Notes: generated by a model not told the origin, from the letters alone. Counted from the first letter of the stretch, positions 35,893 to 48,570 are shown. The stretch is 64,000 nucleotides of DNA from Vicugna vicugna (GCA_013265495.1 MU062417.1:11686271-11750270); one strand, 5' to 3'. A program made the numbers and translations.

Positions 35893-36133
35893 AGCGGTGT
35901 GAGAGAAAAGATTTAGAGTCTGGCCCTGCAGCTGGACCACCTGGGTTTGAATCCCATCTCTGCTTCTTCTCATTCCTATGAACTTGGGGATGTCACTTAA
36001 TTTCTCAGGCCTCAGTTTTCTCTTCTACAAAATAGGAATGATAAGAATACCTCTCCCACAGGTGTATTCTAAGAATGAAATAACAAAATAGTAAAGTGCC
36101 TAGGACAGGACCTGGCACCTGGTAAGCCTTATG
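35893..36133 (+). mobile_element. Near full-length MIR
   Basis: cacctgggtttgaatccc..ggcctcagttttctcttctacaaaatagg..cctggcacctggtaag. Confidence 0.8.
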
Positions 36134-36149
36134 CCAACCCTGGACAAAT

Positions 36150-36318
36150 ATGACTTTATAACCTTCTCACTAGAATATGAAAGGTGGGCATTGTCAGCTC
36201 CCTGCCACAGATGAAATAATTGAGACTGTGAGAGATTAAGCCTCTTATCCACATTTACGTGGCTGAGATAGCAGAGCAAAGATTCCAACTCAGATCTGAC
36301 GCCCAAGCCCATGTCCTA
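36150..36318 (-). mobile_element. MIR, tail-to-tail with the previous copy
   Basis: acagatgaaataattgagactgtgagagattaag..gcagagcaaagattccaactcagatctgac. Confidence 0.65.
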
Positions 36319-36384
36319 GATGATCTTTTAAAACTACTTGTCAACGAAGCCAAAGAGATGGAGGTAACGTTCACCATGGATATC

Positions 36385-36752
36385 ATAGTTAAATTCCAAA
36401 ATCTCAGTAACTTACTCCAAGAAGAAGCTATTCCTCACTCATGTAAAATCCAACAGCATCAGCGGACATCTTCTGTCCAATCATTCAGAGACCTGGTTCC
36501 TTCTATCTTCAGCCATGTTTCCATGTGATTGTCAAGGAGGAGAGTGTGGGGAGAGAGCTCGGAGTGTACTGAATCCGAGGTACTGATGGGCTCAGCTTGG
36601 GAAGGAGGACTATCACTTCTGATCATATGCCATGTCTCCGCATCCAGTCATATGACCATACAGAGCCAGAGGAGAGTCTGGGGAGTGTCATCTAGCTGTG
36701 GCCCAGACGGTAGAGAAAACTGGTTTGGAAAACATCTAGAAGTTTCTACCAC
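36385..36752 (-). mobile_element. Old MLT1 (J/K-like) LTR
   Basis: ccaaaatctcagtaactt..cattcagagacctggttccttctatc..ccagtcatatgacc..gtttctaccaca. Confidence 0.65.
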
Positions 36753-38214
36753 AGAGGTCTGGCTGTCAATATCCCATTGGAGATGTAATAATGTTTTTTT
36801 AATCCACTTAGATTCAGAGTATTCTTCCTGAGTAGTGGTGGGTGGGTTGAGGGTAGAGGGTCCTTTGAAATTAATTATAGGATTTTCAGCCTATCTTGTC
36901 CATGAGATGACAATTAAGTTTCATAAATAACTATTCTCTTGAGAACTATTCTGTCTGCTTCTGCATAAGTATATTACAGAGGAAGTGTCTCCCTGATAGT
37001 TCATAACCTTAAAAAAGTTATGATGTGGACATTCCTTTAAATCCCATAATCCATCATTGACAATCGTATTATGAAGTAACTCCCACTTTTAAATTGAATT
37101 TTAGTGCTCCCCATTAACAGCGAACTAGAGAGAAATGACAAATAATTTCATGGCTCAAGAGCAGCAGACAGATGAGTTCAGCAAAAAACGAGGTCTGGTA
37201 TCAGTAGGGGGGTGAACAAAATGTGTAGCCTTCACATTAAGAGTTTCTGCTTCCCATTTTCCTAATTACATAATTTAGCATCACTAAGGGTCATTAGCCC
37301 ATCCTTTTTAGATGAGCATCAAGATGGGTCTTCGCGTTGTATTATTTCTGTTTGCTCCGTGTTTGATTTATAGCAGTGGGTACAGGAAGTTTAAATTCCT
37401 GACTTCAAGGCAGGAGCCACTATCTTATTCTCATTTATGTGGAAGATGTTTTCAGGGTACCTAATTTTTCCCTCCCTTGAGATTTCTCTTTCTTTGTAAA
37501 CTCTTTAAGGAAGTATAGCATTTGAGTCTCAGTTTATTGGAAAGATTTGTAAATGCATCTGGGACTTGGCTTCCTTACACAAAGTTTAGTTTTTTTTGTT
37601 TGAATATATTGGACATTCCCCTAGGACATTGCATGTGCTCATCACAATGGCTTTGCATCAGCCATAGGAGGAAGGGAGGGGCAGGAAGGCTGTCTTAGGT
37701 AACCTCCATCCTGGGGCATTTACAGAAAGAAGAAACTCGTGATTTATCCTTTGTCTCTAAGAACAAGACCCCACCCCAAATAGAGGGACATCCTCTCCAT
37801 AGCTTGCTATTCCTTGACCTCCAAATATTCTGGCCACAGGGGAGGAAAAGGAAATTGAATTAAGGGTCAGCAAAAGCCAATGGCATCGTTTGTTTCACGA
37901 CAGGAAGTAAAGACACTACAAGCCCTGCTGTCCTTGGAAATCACGTAAGAAACTGTCCTCGGCATCACTTTCAGTCCCTAGGGAGAGGGTGCAATTCCAT
38001 CTGAGTCCATCCCGGGCTCCACCAGAAAATCAACTTACCCACCTGTTCCAGGACACCCCAGATATTAACCATCTTTCTCTGCTGCTACACTCGCCCTGAG
38101 AGAGCCCAGCCCTCTGACTCCTGGCAATGTGGTAACACAGGGGAAAAGTCTCAAGTCCCTTTCCAGAGCAGGCATGCATACTTTAAAATCACCCCCTCTT
38201 CTTTCACGCCTAAG

Positions 38215-38440
38215 CACTGCTAGACTGGGAAGTCGGAGATCAGGGTACCACGTGGCTGAGTTCTGATGAGGGCCCTCTTTTGAGTTGCAGGCATCCTTCT
38301 TGCTGTGCCTGTAGAAACCCTTCATCCTCATGAACTAGTCCCCTCCCAGAGGTCCCATTTCCAAATATCATCACATGGGGGACTGAGGTTCCAACATATG
38401 AATCTGAGGGGGACCACAAACATGAAATCCTCAGCAACAA
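38215..38440 (-). mobile_element. MLT1A-like LTR fragment
   Basis: gactgggaagtcggagatcaggg..cctcccagaggtcccatttccaaatatcatcacatgggg..ccaacatatgaat. Confidence 0.7.
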
Positions 38441-38444
38441 GTTA

Positions 38445-39175
38445 AATAAAACGCAGTGAGGTACCACTTCCTACCCAGTAGGGTGATTATAAAAAAAAAC
38501 AAAAAATAACAAGTGCTATCAAGGTTGTAGAGAAATGGGAACCCTCAGACACTGCTGATGGGTCTGTAAAATGGTGCAGCTGCTATGGAAAACAAAATGG
38601 AGTTTCCTCCAAAAATGAAACACAGAATTACCATTTGACCCAGTAATTCTACTCCTAGGTATTCAGCCAAAAGAACTGAAACCAGATACTCAAGCAAATA
38701 TTCCTACACAAATATTCATAGCAGTATAACCCACAATAGCCAGAAGTTAGATACAACCCAAATTTCCATGAATGGATGAACAGATGAACAACATGTGGTC
38801 CATACACACGACGGAATATTATTCAGCCATAAAAGGGAATCAAAGCTCTGATACATATCACAGTGTGGATGAATTTTGAAAACATCATACTAAGTGAACA
38901 GAAGTCAGGCACATATTGTATGATTCCATTTACATGAAGGATATAGAATACAGAAATACACAGAAACAGAATGCAGGGTGCTGGTTGCTGGGTGCTTTGG
39001 AGAGAGAAGAATGAGAACCCCTTGCTTAATGGGTGTGGGGTTTACTTTTGGGAGAATGAAAATATTTTGCAACCAGGTAAGATGGTGGTTGCAAAACTTT
39101 ATGAATGCACTAAATGCTACTGAGTTATAAACTTTCAAGGGGTTAACTTTATGTTATGCAAATTTTACTTCAATT
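38445..39175 (+). mobile_element. L1MB-like 3' end
   Basis: aaaatggtgcagctgctatggaaaac..attaccatttgacccagtaattc..gcttaatgggtgtgggg..gcactaaatgctactga. Confidence 0.85.
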
Positions 39176-39280
39176 TCAGAATGCAGGCTATGTGTATATT
39201 TACAAACCCGTGTGAATTTCCATTCTGATATGTGACCAGAGATCCCAGCACTTAAACTTCTTAGTTCCTTCTTCGGCTCT

Positions 39281-40696
39281 GTGCTCTGGGCTGAATGTTT
39301 GTGTCCCCTTAAATATTCATATGCTGAAATCATAACCTTCGATGTGATGGTGTTAGGAAGTTAGGAGATAATTAAGCCATGAAGGTGGAGCCCTCAAGGA
39401 TGGGATTAGTGTTCTTCTATAAAAAACACCATTGATTGAAAAATAGGCAGAGGATCTGAACAGACATTTTGCTAAAGACGACATCCAGATGGCCAACAGG
39501 CACATGAAAAGATGCTCAACATCACGAACCATCAGAGAAACGCAAATCAAAACTGAAATGAGACAGGAACTCACACCTGACGATAGAATGGCTATCGTCA
39601 AAAAGTCAAGAAATGACAAATGTTGGTGAGGATGTGGGGAAAACAGAACTCTTGTGCACTGTTGGTGGGAATGTAAACTGGTGCAGCTGCTATGGAGAAC
39701 AGTATGGAGGCTGCTCAGAAAACTAAAAATGGAACTTCCATATGATCCAGCAATCCCACTCCTGGGTATAGAGCCAAAGAAAATGAAAACCCTAACTTGA
39801 AAAGATAGCTGCGTCCCCATGTTCATTGCAGCATTACTTACAATAGCCAAGCTATGGAAACAACCTAAATGTCCAAGGATAGACGAATGGAGAAAATGAA
39901 AAAAATATATATATACAATGGAATATTACTCAGCCATCAAAAAAGAATGAAATCTTGCCATTGGTGACAACATGCCTCATTCATAGACCTGGAGGGCAGC
40001 ATGCTGAAGTAAGTCAAAAAGAGAAGGGCAAATACTGTATGATCTCACTTATATGTGGAATACAACAAACCAAACAAGCAAACCAACCAACCAACCAACA
40101 AACAAAAACCAAGTTTGAAGATACAGAGAACAGATTTTAGTGGCTGCCGGAGGGGACGAGGGGGAGGGTGGGAGTGGGCAAAATGGGTGAATGAGGTCAA
40201 AAAGTATAAAATTCCAGTTACAAATAAAGAAGTCAAGGGGACATAATGTACTGCATGATGACCATGGTTAATAAGACTCTTATATATATGTAGGTTGTTA
40301 AGGGAATAAATCCTAAAAGTCTTCATCACAGTAAAAAAAATTGTAATTGTGTATGGTGACAAACGACTTATGGAGATCAGCTCACAGTGTATACAAATAT
40401 CAAATCATTATGTTATACACATGAAATTAATATAATGCTGTAGATCAATTATACCTTGATTTAAAAAAAAATGTAAAGACCCCAAGGAGCTCTCCTGTCC
40501 TCTCTGACCCTCTCCGCCATGCAAGAATACGGGCAGAAACAGCAGCCCAGAAAAAAGCTCTAATGGTACCCAGCCATGCTGGCACCCTGATCTTGGATTC
40601 CCAGCCACTGGAACTATGAGAAATACATTTTTGTTGTTGTTGATAAGCCGCCTAGTCAATGGTGTTTTGTCAGAGCAGCGAGAACAGACAAAGACA
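39281..40696 (+). mobile_element. MLT1A-like LTR split by an L1 insertion
   Basis: 5' half gggctgaatgtttgtgtcccc..gatgggattagtg ends about 39430. 3' half ctggcaccctgatcttgg..gcagcgagaacagacaaagaca starts about 40470. Confidence 0.75.
39431..40470 (+). mobile_element. 5'-truncated L1 (L1MA9-like)
   Basis: ORF2 C-terminal relic (gatggccaacaggcacatgaaaagatgctcaac..), then 3'UTR, then an A tail. Confidence 0.9.
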
Positions 40697-41729
40697 CCCT
40701 GCCACCTCGCCACCATCCTTCCAGCCCCAGTCCCCGCGGGGGAATGCACTGCGTGCCGGAGACTTCACTTCCCGCCTCATTTTCACAAGCTTTACCCACG
40801 GCTGGCCCCAGCTACAGATGGCAAGCACGCTGGGGGCAGGACAGCTCAGCAGCTCTGCTGACTGCCAAAGAGATGGATAAGTAGCCAGAAATAGCCAGCC
40901 TCGGCAGAATGTTTCTAAATAGAAACGTGATGCTTTTGCAGGTGGGATATGGCAGAGCCCCAGAAATACAGCAGATGGGTGGTTTAGACACAGCTGCTGT
41001 CACTGGAGGTGGGGGACAGACTTGCTGCTTACCATAGAGATAGGGGACAATGAAGATTTGTTTGGGGGAGAAAGTTTCAAGGGCATAGAGAATGTAGTCA
41101 TTTCCCACCTGAAACTCAGTAAAGGGATGAAAACATCGGATTTGGGGTGATGGACTGGGGATAAGGGGTCGGCGAGGCACGTAGCCTTAGGTTAGGGTCT
41201 TCTGGAGGACAGAACGGAGTGTCCCACGGTGTCGGGTACACCCCAACAAGAAGGGCTGAGACCACAGAGAATCCAACAGGGCTTTAAGAACGAAGTTTGC
41301 AGCCTACAGCAATAATTGCATTTCCCCCTCTACATCTGTAGCAAAAGACTGAATTTACTCACTTTCAAGAAATGGTCATTTTTGTCAGGCTCATCCTTCT
41401 CTCCAGACTTTCACAGGGACTTCCGTGGCATCCCGCAGCGGGAGGGGCCCGCTCTGCACCTGGACTCCCTCCTGGGTGCACATCTACCGAGATGCAGCTC
41501 ATCCTGTTGGATCTTCCGTTACCTGCAAATTTTGTTCAGACTGGTTAGCACCCCCGTGGCAGCTGCTTTTTACTTAAAACTGCACCAGCCTAAACGGTGT
41601 GAAATTATTAGTAGGTTAGATAAAACCGTATTTTTAGTGCTGCCAAATGCTTTATTCTGGACCTCACACTTCCAGCCTTGTAGGCTGGCACGCTCTAGAG
41701 GGAGCGACTATTTTTTTTCTTTTATTTAA

Positions 41730-41900
41730 ACTGAACAAGTACATAGGGTTTGCTTTATGCCAGGTACGGAGCTAAACAGGCTTTGAAAACGCTAAGTCAT
41801 ATTAACACGTGCATAATAGTAAGTACTTCCGTTATCTGTATCTGCCACCAGCATCAAAAGCTTTACGAACTAGCATGATGGGCTCTCACAGATGAGACGA
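41730..41900 (-). mobile_element. MIR fragment (degenerate)
   Basis: ttatgccaggtacggagctaaac..ctctcacagatgagac. Confidence 0.4.
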
Positions 41901-42699
41901 GCGGGATTCCAAATGTGTGGTGTGACTAGATTATTGTAAAGACACCCCTCACTTTTGCTTGAACATCTAAGCACACTGGCAACCTTTTCTCTAAAGGAGC
42001 ACACTTGTGGACAGGTCTCTACTTGGTCCCATGACGAGCTTTAGGATGGAAGCTCCTGGCTGTGTAGTCCCTACCCTACCGATCACAGAATCCTGCCTTT
42101 AGAATATTGTTCTGGCTGCCCTGGGTGAGCTTTCTAGACAGAATCAGCTTGATGAGCATGAAGGTTAGGAAGCTGGAATTTATCACGTTGTTTTCTGCTG
42201 ACTTGTTAACTTTTTTTTTTAACATATCCAAAGGTGAGGAAGAATTTGGTCTAAGACTTGCTTTGATCATAATCTTGTAGCAAAGTTGGGGAGCCCTAAC
42301 TAAGCCTCACGCATCTCCTGCTTTGTTGGTGGCTAGTATTATCTGCCAGAAAGAAGCCAGACTGGCTTAAGGAGTATCCCAATACCAGGTCCGGGTCTGG
42401 CTTCCAGGAAGAGTGGTCCTCACACCACCGCTAGCTCCATTCTGTCCCCACAGCTGTGAGAGTGCCTGGGACCCTCTGCCTCGCAGGATGGTAACATCGC
42501 CTGTCTTGTCTCAGACACGTGGGAAGGGATTCCTTTGCTCCCCACGTGGGACCTTATTTATAGAACTTTCCTCTTATTCTTCCAGAAGGAGTACAGCAAT
42601 GTGGCTGCTTTCCTGGGATCCAGAGAGAACATTTCCCCTCTAATGGTGTTTACCCCGTGGCGGTCCGAGCACCGTCTGTGACATTACTAATTCCCCATC

Positions 42700-42880
42700 C
42701 CCACCCTAAGTGTTGCCATCATCTCTGTCTCCTGGTAGTCACATCCTTGTGTAGTCCCCTCCCAGACATGTCCCAAGGCTGGTCTGTGGAAGCAACAGAA
42801 CACAACAAAAATAATCGTACGTCCATTCCAACATCAGGTAATCAAAGCCACGGTGGCTCCACTTTGGTTGCACGCTGTTT
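42700..42880 (+). mobile_element. MLT1F-like 5' fragment
   Basis: ctcctggtagtcacatccttgtgtagtcccctccc..ggctggtctgtg. Confidence 0.55.
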
Positions 42881-43289
42881 CACGTCTGGGGCTGAGCTGC
42901 ACAACCCATCCAGGGGGAAATAAACTGCTCAAGCCAAGTGCAGCCTTGACCCCAGGGAAGGAGGTGTAGCGTCACATAAAAAAGTGTCTTCTTGTCCCAG
43001 GGAGCCTGTTGGTGAAGGACCACCTTGCGGGTCAAACATTTATCCAGATGGAACTCCAGGTGCCTGACTGCCCTTCTCACAATTTCTCCCCCTTCATCAA
43101 GAAGAGAAATAGCCGTTATCATGATCGGAGTGGCAGAGCTGAACACCAATGACAAGGCTGAACACGAGTAGCTTAAAGTTTTCAGGGGTGTGGCAAGGTC
43201 AGGGAGTGGCTTTGGGGTCTTGGGACTGGGGACAAGTGCTGTTATGGAAAGAGGAGAGCTCTTGACTTTATAGGCTCCAGGACTGCATC

Positions 43290-43590
43290 TGGTCACCTAC
43301 TGTGTGACTTCGGGAAAATCATATCGTCTCTTTAAGTCTTAGCTTTATCATCTGTAAAAATTGACATAATAATCCACGCTCTATGGGGAAGGTATAGCTC
43401 AGTGGTAGAGCAAATGTTTAGCACACACGAGGTCCTGGGTTCAATCCCCAGTCCCTCCCTTAAAAAATAATAATAATTCATGCTCTACATACTTCATAGA
43501 GTTTTTGAGAGAATAAAATGAGTTAAAATTATGTGAAAGTGTTTGGTAAACTATGAACTGTTATATAACTATCAGGGATTATTACTATTC
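43290..43590 (+). mobile_element. MIR interrupted by a SINE
   Basis: actgtgtgacttcggg..atcatctgtaaaaattg / catacttcatagag..aatgagttaa. Confidence 0.7.
43385..43471 (+). mobile_element. Camelid Vic-1-type SINE
   Basis: ggggaaggtatagctcagtggtagagc..gaggtcctgggttcaatcccc. 16-bp TSD with 2 mismatches at 43368-43383 and 43472-43487. Confidence 0.9.
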
Positions 43591-43899
43591 ACCCATATCA
43601 ATTGAAAAAAAAACCAAATGTAAATTTACAAATTAGAAAGTCATTACGTGCAAAAAATATTGTTCCAAATCTAATTAAATTAGGACAATGGTTCATTTGT
43701 CAATTTATATGCTAAGTCTCCAAACAGCAACGCTATGGAATGTAACTAATGAACGAAATAATAGGTTTGTTATACAGCAAAAGCTAGCTGTTTGCCAAGT
43801 CGTAATAACAATCTTGTTCAGAATTCACGTTTCGAAAGACAGGAAATCAGTGCCTTGTTAACACCTGGCTCGCCTAGGCCCCTTATAAACAGTGTTGAG

Positions 43900-44140
43900 A
43901 TGTACGCAGCTTTTATTCGTGTTGTACTTTATAGTTTCCACGAGGATTTTAGTACGTTTTCTCATTTGATCGTCATAAAACAGTTTAAAGTTAACAAAAC
44001 CCTTATTATCCCAATGTACACACAAGGGACGAAATCGAGCTTCAGGAAGTCTGAATGTCATTCCAAGGTCGTACGCCTATTAGGTCCCAGTGGTGCAGCT
44101 GGAACTTGCTTGCAGGTTTCCTCACTCCAAGCCCCTTATA
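43900..44140 (-). mobile_element. MIR
   Basis: ttctcatttgatcgtc..ttattatcccaatgtac..ttccaaggtcgtac..ttcctcactccaagccc. Confidence 0.55.
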
Positions 44141-44677
44141 TTTTCTGTTACATCACAGATACTGTGAACTCTGCGTATGGATGGACGGTCTGGATTGCTC
44201 AGCCTCTCTCCCCACCCCTGGCCTCTCAAGCAAACACACCATCATCCCCTCTCTCAGCAAATCAGCTTAAATCACCACTTCAGTTTGGCCCCCGGGGGGA
44301 AAGAGCCACTAAGTTCTCTTGCCCAGTTCTGAGCTGGGAGGCTTTTGCAAATTACGCTAGCTTTTTCTTGTTGTTGTTGTAATAAAAGAAGAGAAATCTT
44401 CTAGGGTCCCCAGTCTTTGTGTATTCTAGTATTCTATGGGAACTTATTTATCCTCAGGAGCGCTGGGAAGCAGGGACCCCGATCTGTCCTAGAAATACAG
44501 TTGGAGATGGCAAAAGTGATTTCTGCACACCCAGGATAGGACCAAAGAGGGTAAGACGGATTTCTGGCATCCATCTCCTTGAGGGATTCATAAGTAGAAG
44601 AAAAAAGCTGAATTTTCTTTTCCCTCCCTTTCTTTTATCTTTCCTTTGTTATTCTTATTTTGAAGACTTGACATATT

Positions 44678-44780
44678 TCTTTTTTTTTTCTTAATTGAAG
44701 TGTAGTCAGTTACAATGTGTCAATTTCTGGTGCACAGCATCATGTTTCAGTCATACGTATACATACAGTTTTCCTTTTTC
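44678..44780 (-). mobile_element. Very short young L1 3' end
   Basis: polyT then aattgaagtgtagtcagttacaatgtgtcaatttctggtg. Confidence 0.8.
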
Positions 44781-45380
44781 TATTCAGATTTGGTCTATTT
44801 CTAGTGCATTTCTTTCTAACAGACGCCCCTGCTTCCCCTTACCTCCCAGAAGCAGAGATTCACAATTTTGAGAAGGGGTGAAGGTAAAATGTGACCATAG
44901 GACCTTTCCACCTACTGAGGTGTTCCCCACACGAAGTTGGTCTGTTGTTGCCTGAACTGATCTGAGTCCCATGGAGGTGGGGGATGGGAAGTGGGAGGGT
45001 TTCCATCCCCCTGATTGTGAGTTTAATCAGGAAATAACCACACGGGCCCCCTTCTCCCTCATTTCTTCTTTGCTGCCGTTTAAAACAGAACAGAAATATA
45101 GCTTCAGTGATTCTCTGACTCCACACAATAGCGATGAAGCCCCCCGGGCGGCACTGCGGATTCCTCCGGGGACCAAAACGAGCTGAGAGTACTAGGAGCT
45201 GCTGCTGAAAGCATTTCTTTCTGGCAAACAATTTTCCATTTGGTAGGGGGTGGGACACAATGGGAATAAGTAAATATAGTCATGTGAGGCCTTCAAAAAA
45301 TCAGTGATTTGAGCATCAGGCTTTTGTGAGCGAGTATTCATTCTGTGGAACAGCAAGGGGATTTGGGAGGTATTGAATAA

Positions 45381-45416
45381 ACACACATACACATGCACGC
45401 GCGCGCACACACACAC
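45381..45416. repeat. Alternating purine-pyrimidine tract, (CA)/(CG)n
   Basis: acacacatacacatgcacgcgcgcgcacacacacac. Confidence 0.9.
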
Positions 45417-46504
45417 CCCTGTGTGCACAGACCCGCAGTCCTAAACTTCAACAGGGACCTCGGAGACAGCAGCCATTGATTAATCAGTTATTTGGAACAA
45501 CTTTTCAGAGAAACAATACTCCACAGTGTAGTTAGCTGGCTCGCGCAGTCATAAAGACCCACATGTTCTTGGACACCAATGTTCTGGAAGAATTTTAATA
45601 TGTTGCAATGCCCCGACGGGAAAACGCCTTTCAGCTTTCTAAATCAGAAAATCCTTAGAAAAGCAAGGATTGATTACATGGAAACCAGAGGGTGTAAGGA
45701 AAGCAGTAAATATGGAAAGAATTATAGTCAGGAGAAATTTTACCTTCATGGAGTGCATGACATATTGGAGACTGAAACTCAATGTATCCCAATAAAGGCG
45801 TTTTGACTACACATTATAAGAGTTGGAGCTTAGCCCCCTCCTCCCTTCTCCATGATTCCCAGCTTAGATTTCAACTAAGTCTGCTTTCAGATAGATGCCA
45901 GGAAAAGGTATCAGACAACAGCTTAAGACAGATGTGGGTGTTATGTTAGTAGCTCCGATGGACTTCTGGGCTCTTTTCAGAACTTTTCCAGTCTTTACTT
46001 ACGTTAGATCCCCAGGGTGGTCCCCCAGCATCAGACTCCCCTTGGAAAAGAAGGCACTTTTCTAGGTGGCCCTATGCTCTTCCCCTGGGGTCAAAACCAT
46101 CCTGAACGTGGGTGACAGGCAATTTCTTTTCCTCTGGGTGGGTTGTGCTCAGCCATTGAAATGCAGTCTCCATACTGATGTCCTCTTTAGTTTTCTGAAG
46201 TATATTCATCGCCACCTTGTTTAGTTGTTCTGATCCCCTCACCCCCACCCCATGAAGCATCTTCACTTTTCTTTGAAGACCAAGCCAGTATCTCTACTCC
46301 TTTCCTGATCCTTTGGGAACCAGCCTCAAATGTCTGCTTCTCCTGCTCCAAGGCTGGGGGCCCCTGTTGTAGATTCAGTGGAAATAGTCAAACTTCATGT
46401 TTTAGCCTGAGGAGCATTTCTGGTCCCAGCTCAGCCACGGATGGCTAACCTCCCCATGGTCCAAGAAATAATCAACTCAGCTCCAGCCAATCCTCAATTA
46501 GCTT

Positions 46505-46600
46505 TCTAAAATTGAAGTATAGTTGATTTACAATGTTGTGTTAGTTTCAGGTGCCCAGCAAAGTGATTCAGTTATACACACACACACATTCTTTTTCAGG
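46505..46600 (-). mobile_element. Very short L1 3' end
   Basis: aattgaagtatagttgatttacaatgttgtgttagtttcagg..agtgattcagttata. Confidence 0.75.
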
Positions 46601-47429
46601 ACTGATTTATGAGCTCTCCCACCCATCCCAGAGCATTTAAAACCCTCTCCATTAAGTCTTAACAGACATCATTTTAATCAACGGGAGACGATCATTTCCT
46701 CAGGGAGATTGACTCCACGCTAGTCCGGCAGGGCATCGATCAGAAGAATGACCATGGCTAAAGAGCTGTTCTGTGGCCAGCTCAGGTCTCAGTTCGAGGG
46801 GGAAGTGTTCAGCTGGGTCCACAAGACGGTCTCTGAGCCCATCTCACCCTGAGATCTACAGACTCTTCAGACTGACTCTTGCTAAATATCTGCTTTCTCT
46901 CAGATCTGTCAAAATTCCCTCATAATCTCATAGTGATCACTCAATGTAAATGTGAATGTGCTTTAAAAAGTTACAGCTGGAAAAAAAATAAAAATAAAAA
47001 ATAAAAACTTAGAGCTGGGCTGTAAATACCCAGAATCATTGTTTCTGCTTGTGTCTCGTCCTACAATACAGCAGCGATGAAATCCACCGAGGGGTCTTTC
47101 CATCCGCAGCCACGTTGCTTTCTCTGCATCACTTTATGTATGTGGCTGTGAGTCTAAATGCAGACATAAACATATTCATAAAGGAGACTGGCTGTGACTG
47201 TGGTTATAAACGGTTATAAATGTGCTTTTAGCTTTTCTTCCCTCTGGTGCCGATGACTATGCGACTTAAACCCCTCTAAGTGAGCTATGTTTTGCCTTCA
47301 AAAGCTGGTGCTCCAAAAATAAGGCTTGGGCTGAATCATCAAGACATCCCAGGGAAGGGATGTGGTGGAGGAGGAGCCAGGAGGCTTTTTCGGTGAAGAC
47401 GCACTGAGCAAAGTGGGAGGACGTTCTCC

Positions 47430-47650
47430 CAGGGATTGGCAACCTCTAACCCACGGCTACATTCAGCCCTCTGCCTGTTTTGTAAATAAAATTTTATTGG
47501 AACTCAGCATGTTCATTTGCTCCAATGTTGCCCATTGCTGCTTCTATGCTACAAGAGCAAAATTGAGTAGTTGCAACAGAGAAATGTATTTAGCCTAAAA
47601 ACCTAACATATTTCCTCTCTAGCCCTTCAGATAAACTTTGCCCCTCCTTG
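47430..47650 (+). mobile_element. MER58A hAT MITE
   Basis: cagggattggcaacc..gtaaataaaattttattggaac..ttgagtagttgcaacagag..aactttgccc; full-length collinear match. Confidence 0.85.
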
Positions 47651-47689
47651 TTTTTTCTAATATCTGTAAGCATGCCCTATTTTCCACAT

Positions 47690-47832
47690 TTTTCTATGCT
47701 TTGATTCATGTTAGCAGCAGAATATTCTATGAAGTACCTGGGGTTTGTGTCTTTCTGCCCAATTTGCTGATGAGAAAAATGAAGCTCGGACATGGTCACG
47801 TGACTTGCCCTAATTCTGTCATCTAGAACTAG
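47690..47832 (-). mobile_element. MIR fragment
   Basis: ctgatgagaaaaatgaagctcgga..gtgacttgccc. Confidence 0.5.
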
Positions 47833-47946
47833 CCGGGGGGAGGGGCACGAAGATGTCTCAGTGTTTGTCTGATTCTCTGTGAGCTCCGGCTTCACATCAG
47901 CCTCTGAGTGGAAGCCTTCCTATTAGGTATGGTTAGGAGTGAATAA

Positions 47947-48350
47947 TCTATCTATCTATCTGCCTTCATATCTACCTACATATCTATCTATCTACATATC
48001 TACCTGCCTACATATCTATTTACATATCTAACTACATTTCTATCTATCCACCTATGTATCTATTTTTCTACTTACATATCTATCTACCNNNNNNNNNNNN
48101 NNNNNNNNNNNNNNNNNNNNNNNNNNNNNNNNNNNNNNNNNNNNNNNNNNNNNNNNNNNNNNNNNNNNNNNNNNNNNNNNNNNNNNNNNNNNNNNNNNNN
48201 NNNNNNNNNNNNNNNNNNNNNNNNNNNNNNNNNNNNNNNNNATTTATCTACATATCTACCTACCTACGTATCTGTCTATCTATCTATCCATCTATCTACC
48301 TACCTATCTATCCATCTATCTATCTACATATCTATCTATCTACATAGCTA
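47947..48350. repeat. Compound (TCTA/CCTA)n microsatellite spanning a gap
   Basis: tatctatctatc.. on both sides of the N run. Confidence 0.9.
48089..48241. other. Assembly gap (153 N)
   Basis: N run. Confidence 1.
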
Positions 48351-48444
48351 TGTATATGTCCCAGCTTTATAGAGGTAGGTGGAATGAAGAATTGAAATTC
48401 AAGTTATGAGACCTGTGCTTTCTTAGACTCAACACTGTACTAAA

Positions 48445-48570
48445 TTAGAGAGTAAAGAACACTGGTTTGGGACCCCAAGTTCAGACTATGCCCTATCTAG
48501 CTAAAGGACCTTGGCCAAGTCACTTAGTTCTCTTGGGTCTAAGTTTTCCATTTGTAATCTAAGTAGGTAA
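48445..48570 (+). mobile_element. MIR fragment
   Basis: gaacactggtttggg..gaccttggccaagtcacttagttctcttgggtctaagttttccatttgtaa. Confidence 0.5.

Noticed and set aside
39353-39850. 165-aa minus-strand ORF (also 15413-15778 and 28006-28275)
   Set aside because: These are translations of L1 3' ends, mostly antisense, a common annotation artefact.
43792-44382. Longest ORF (196 aa)
   Set aside because: Non-ATG start, and it runs through an antisense MIR; not protein-like.
47947-48350. X-containing ORFs across the N gaps (also 55368-55550)
   Set aside because: Artefacts of assembly gaps and microsatellites.
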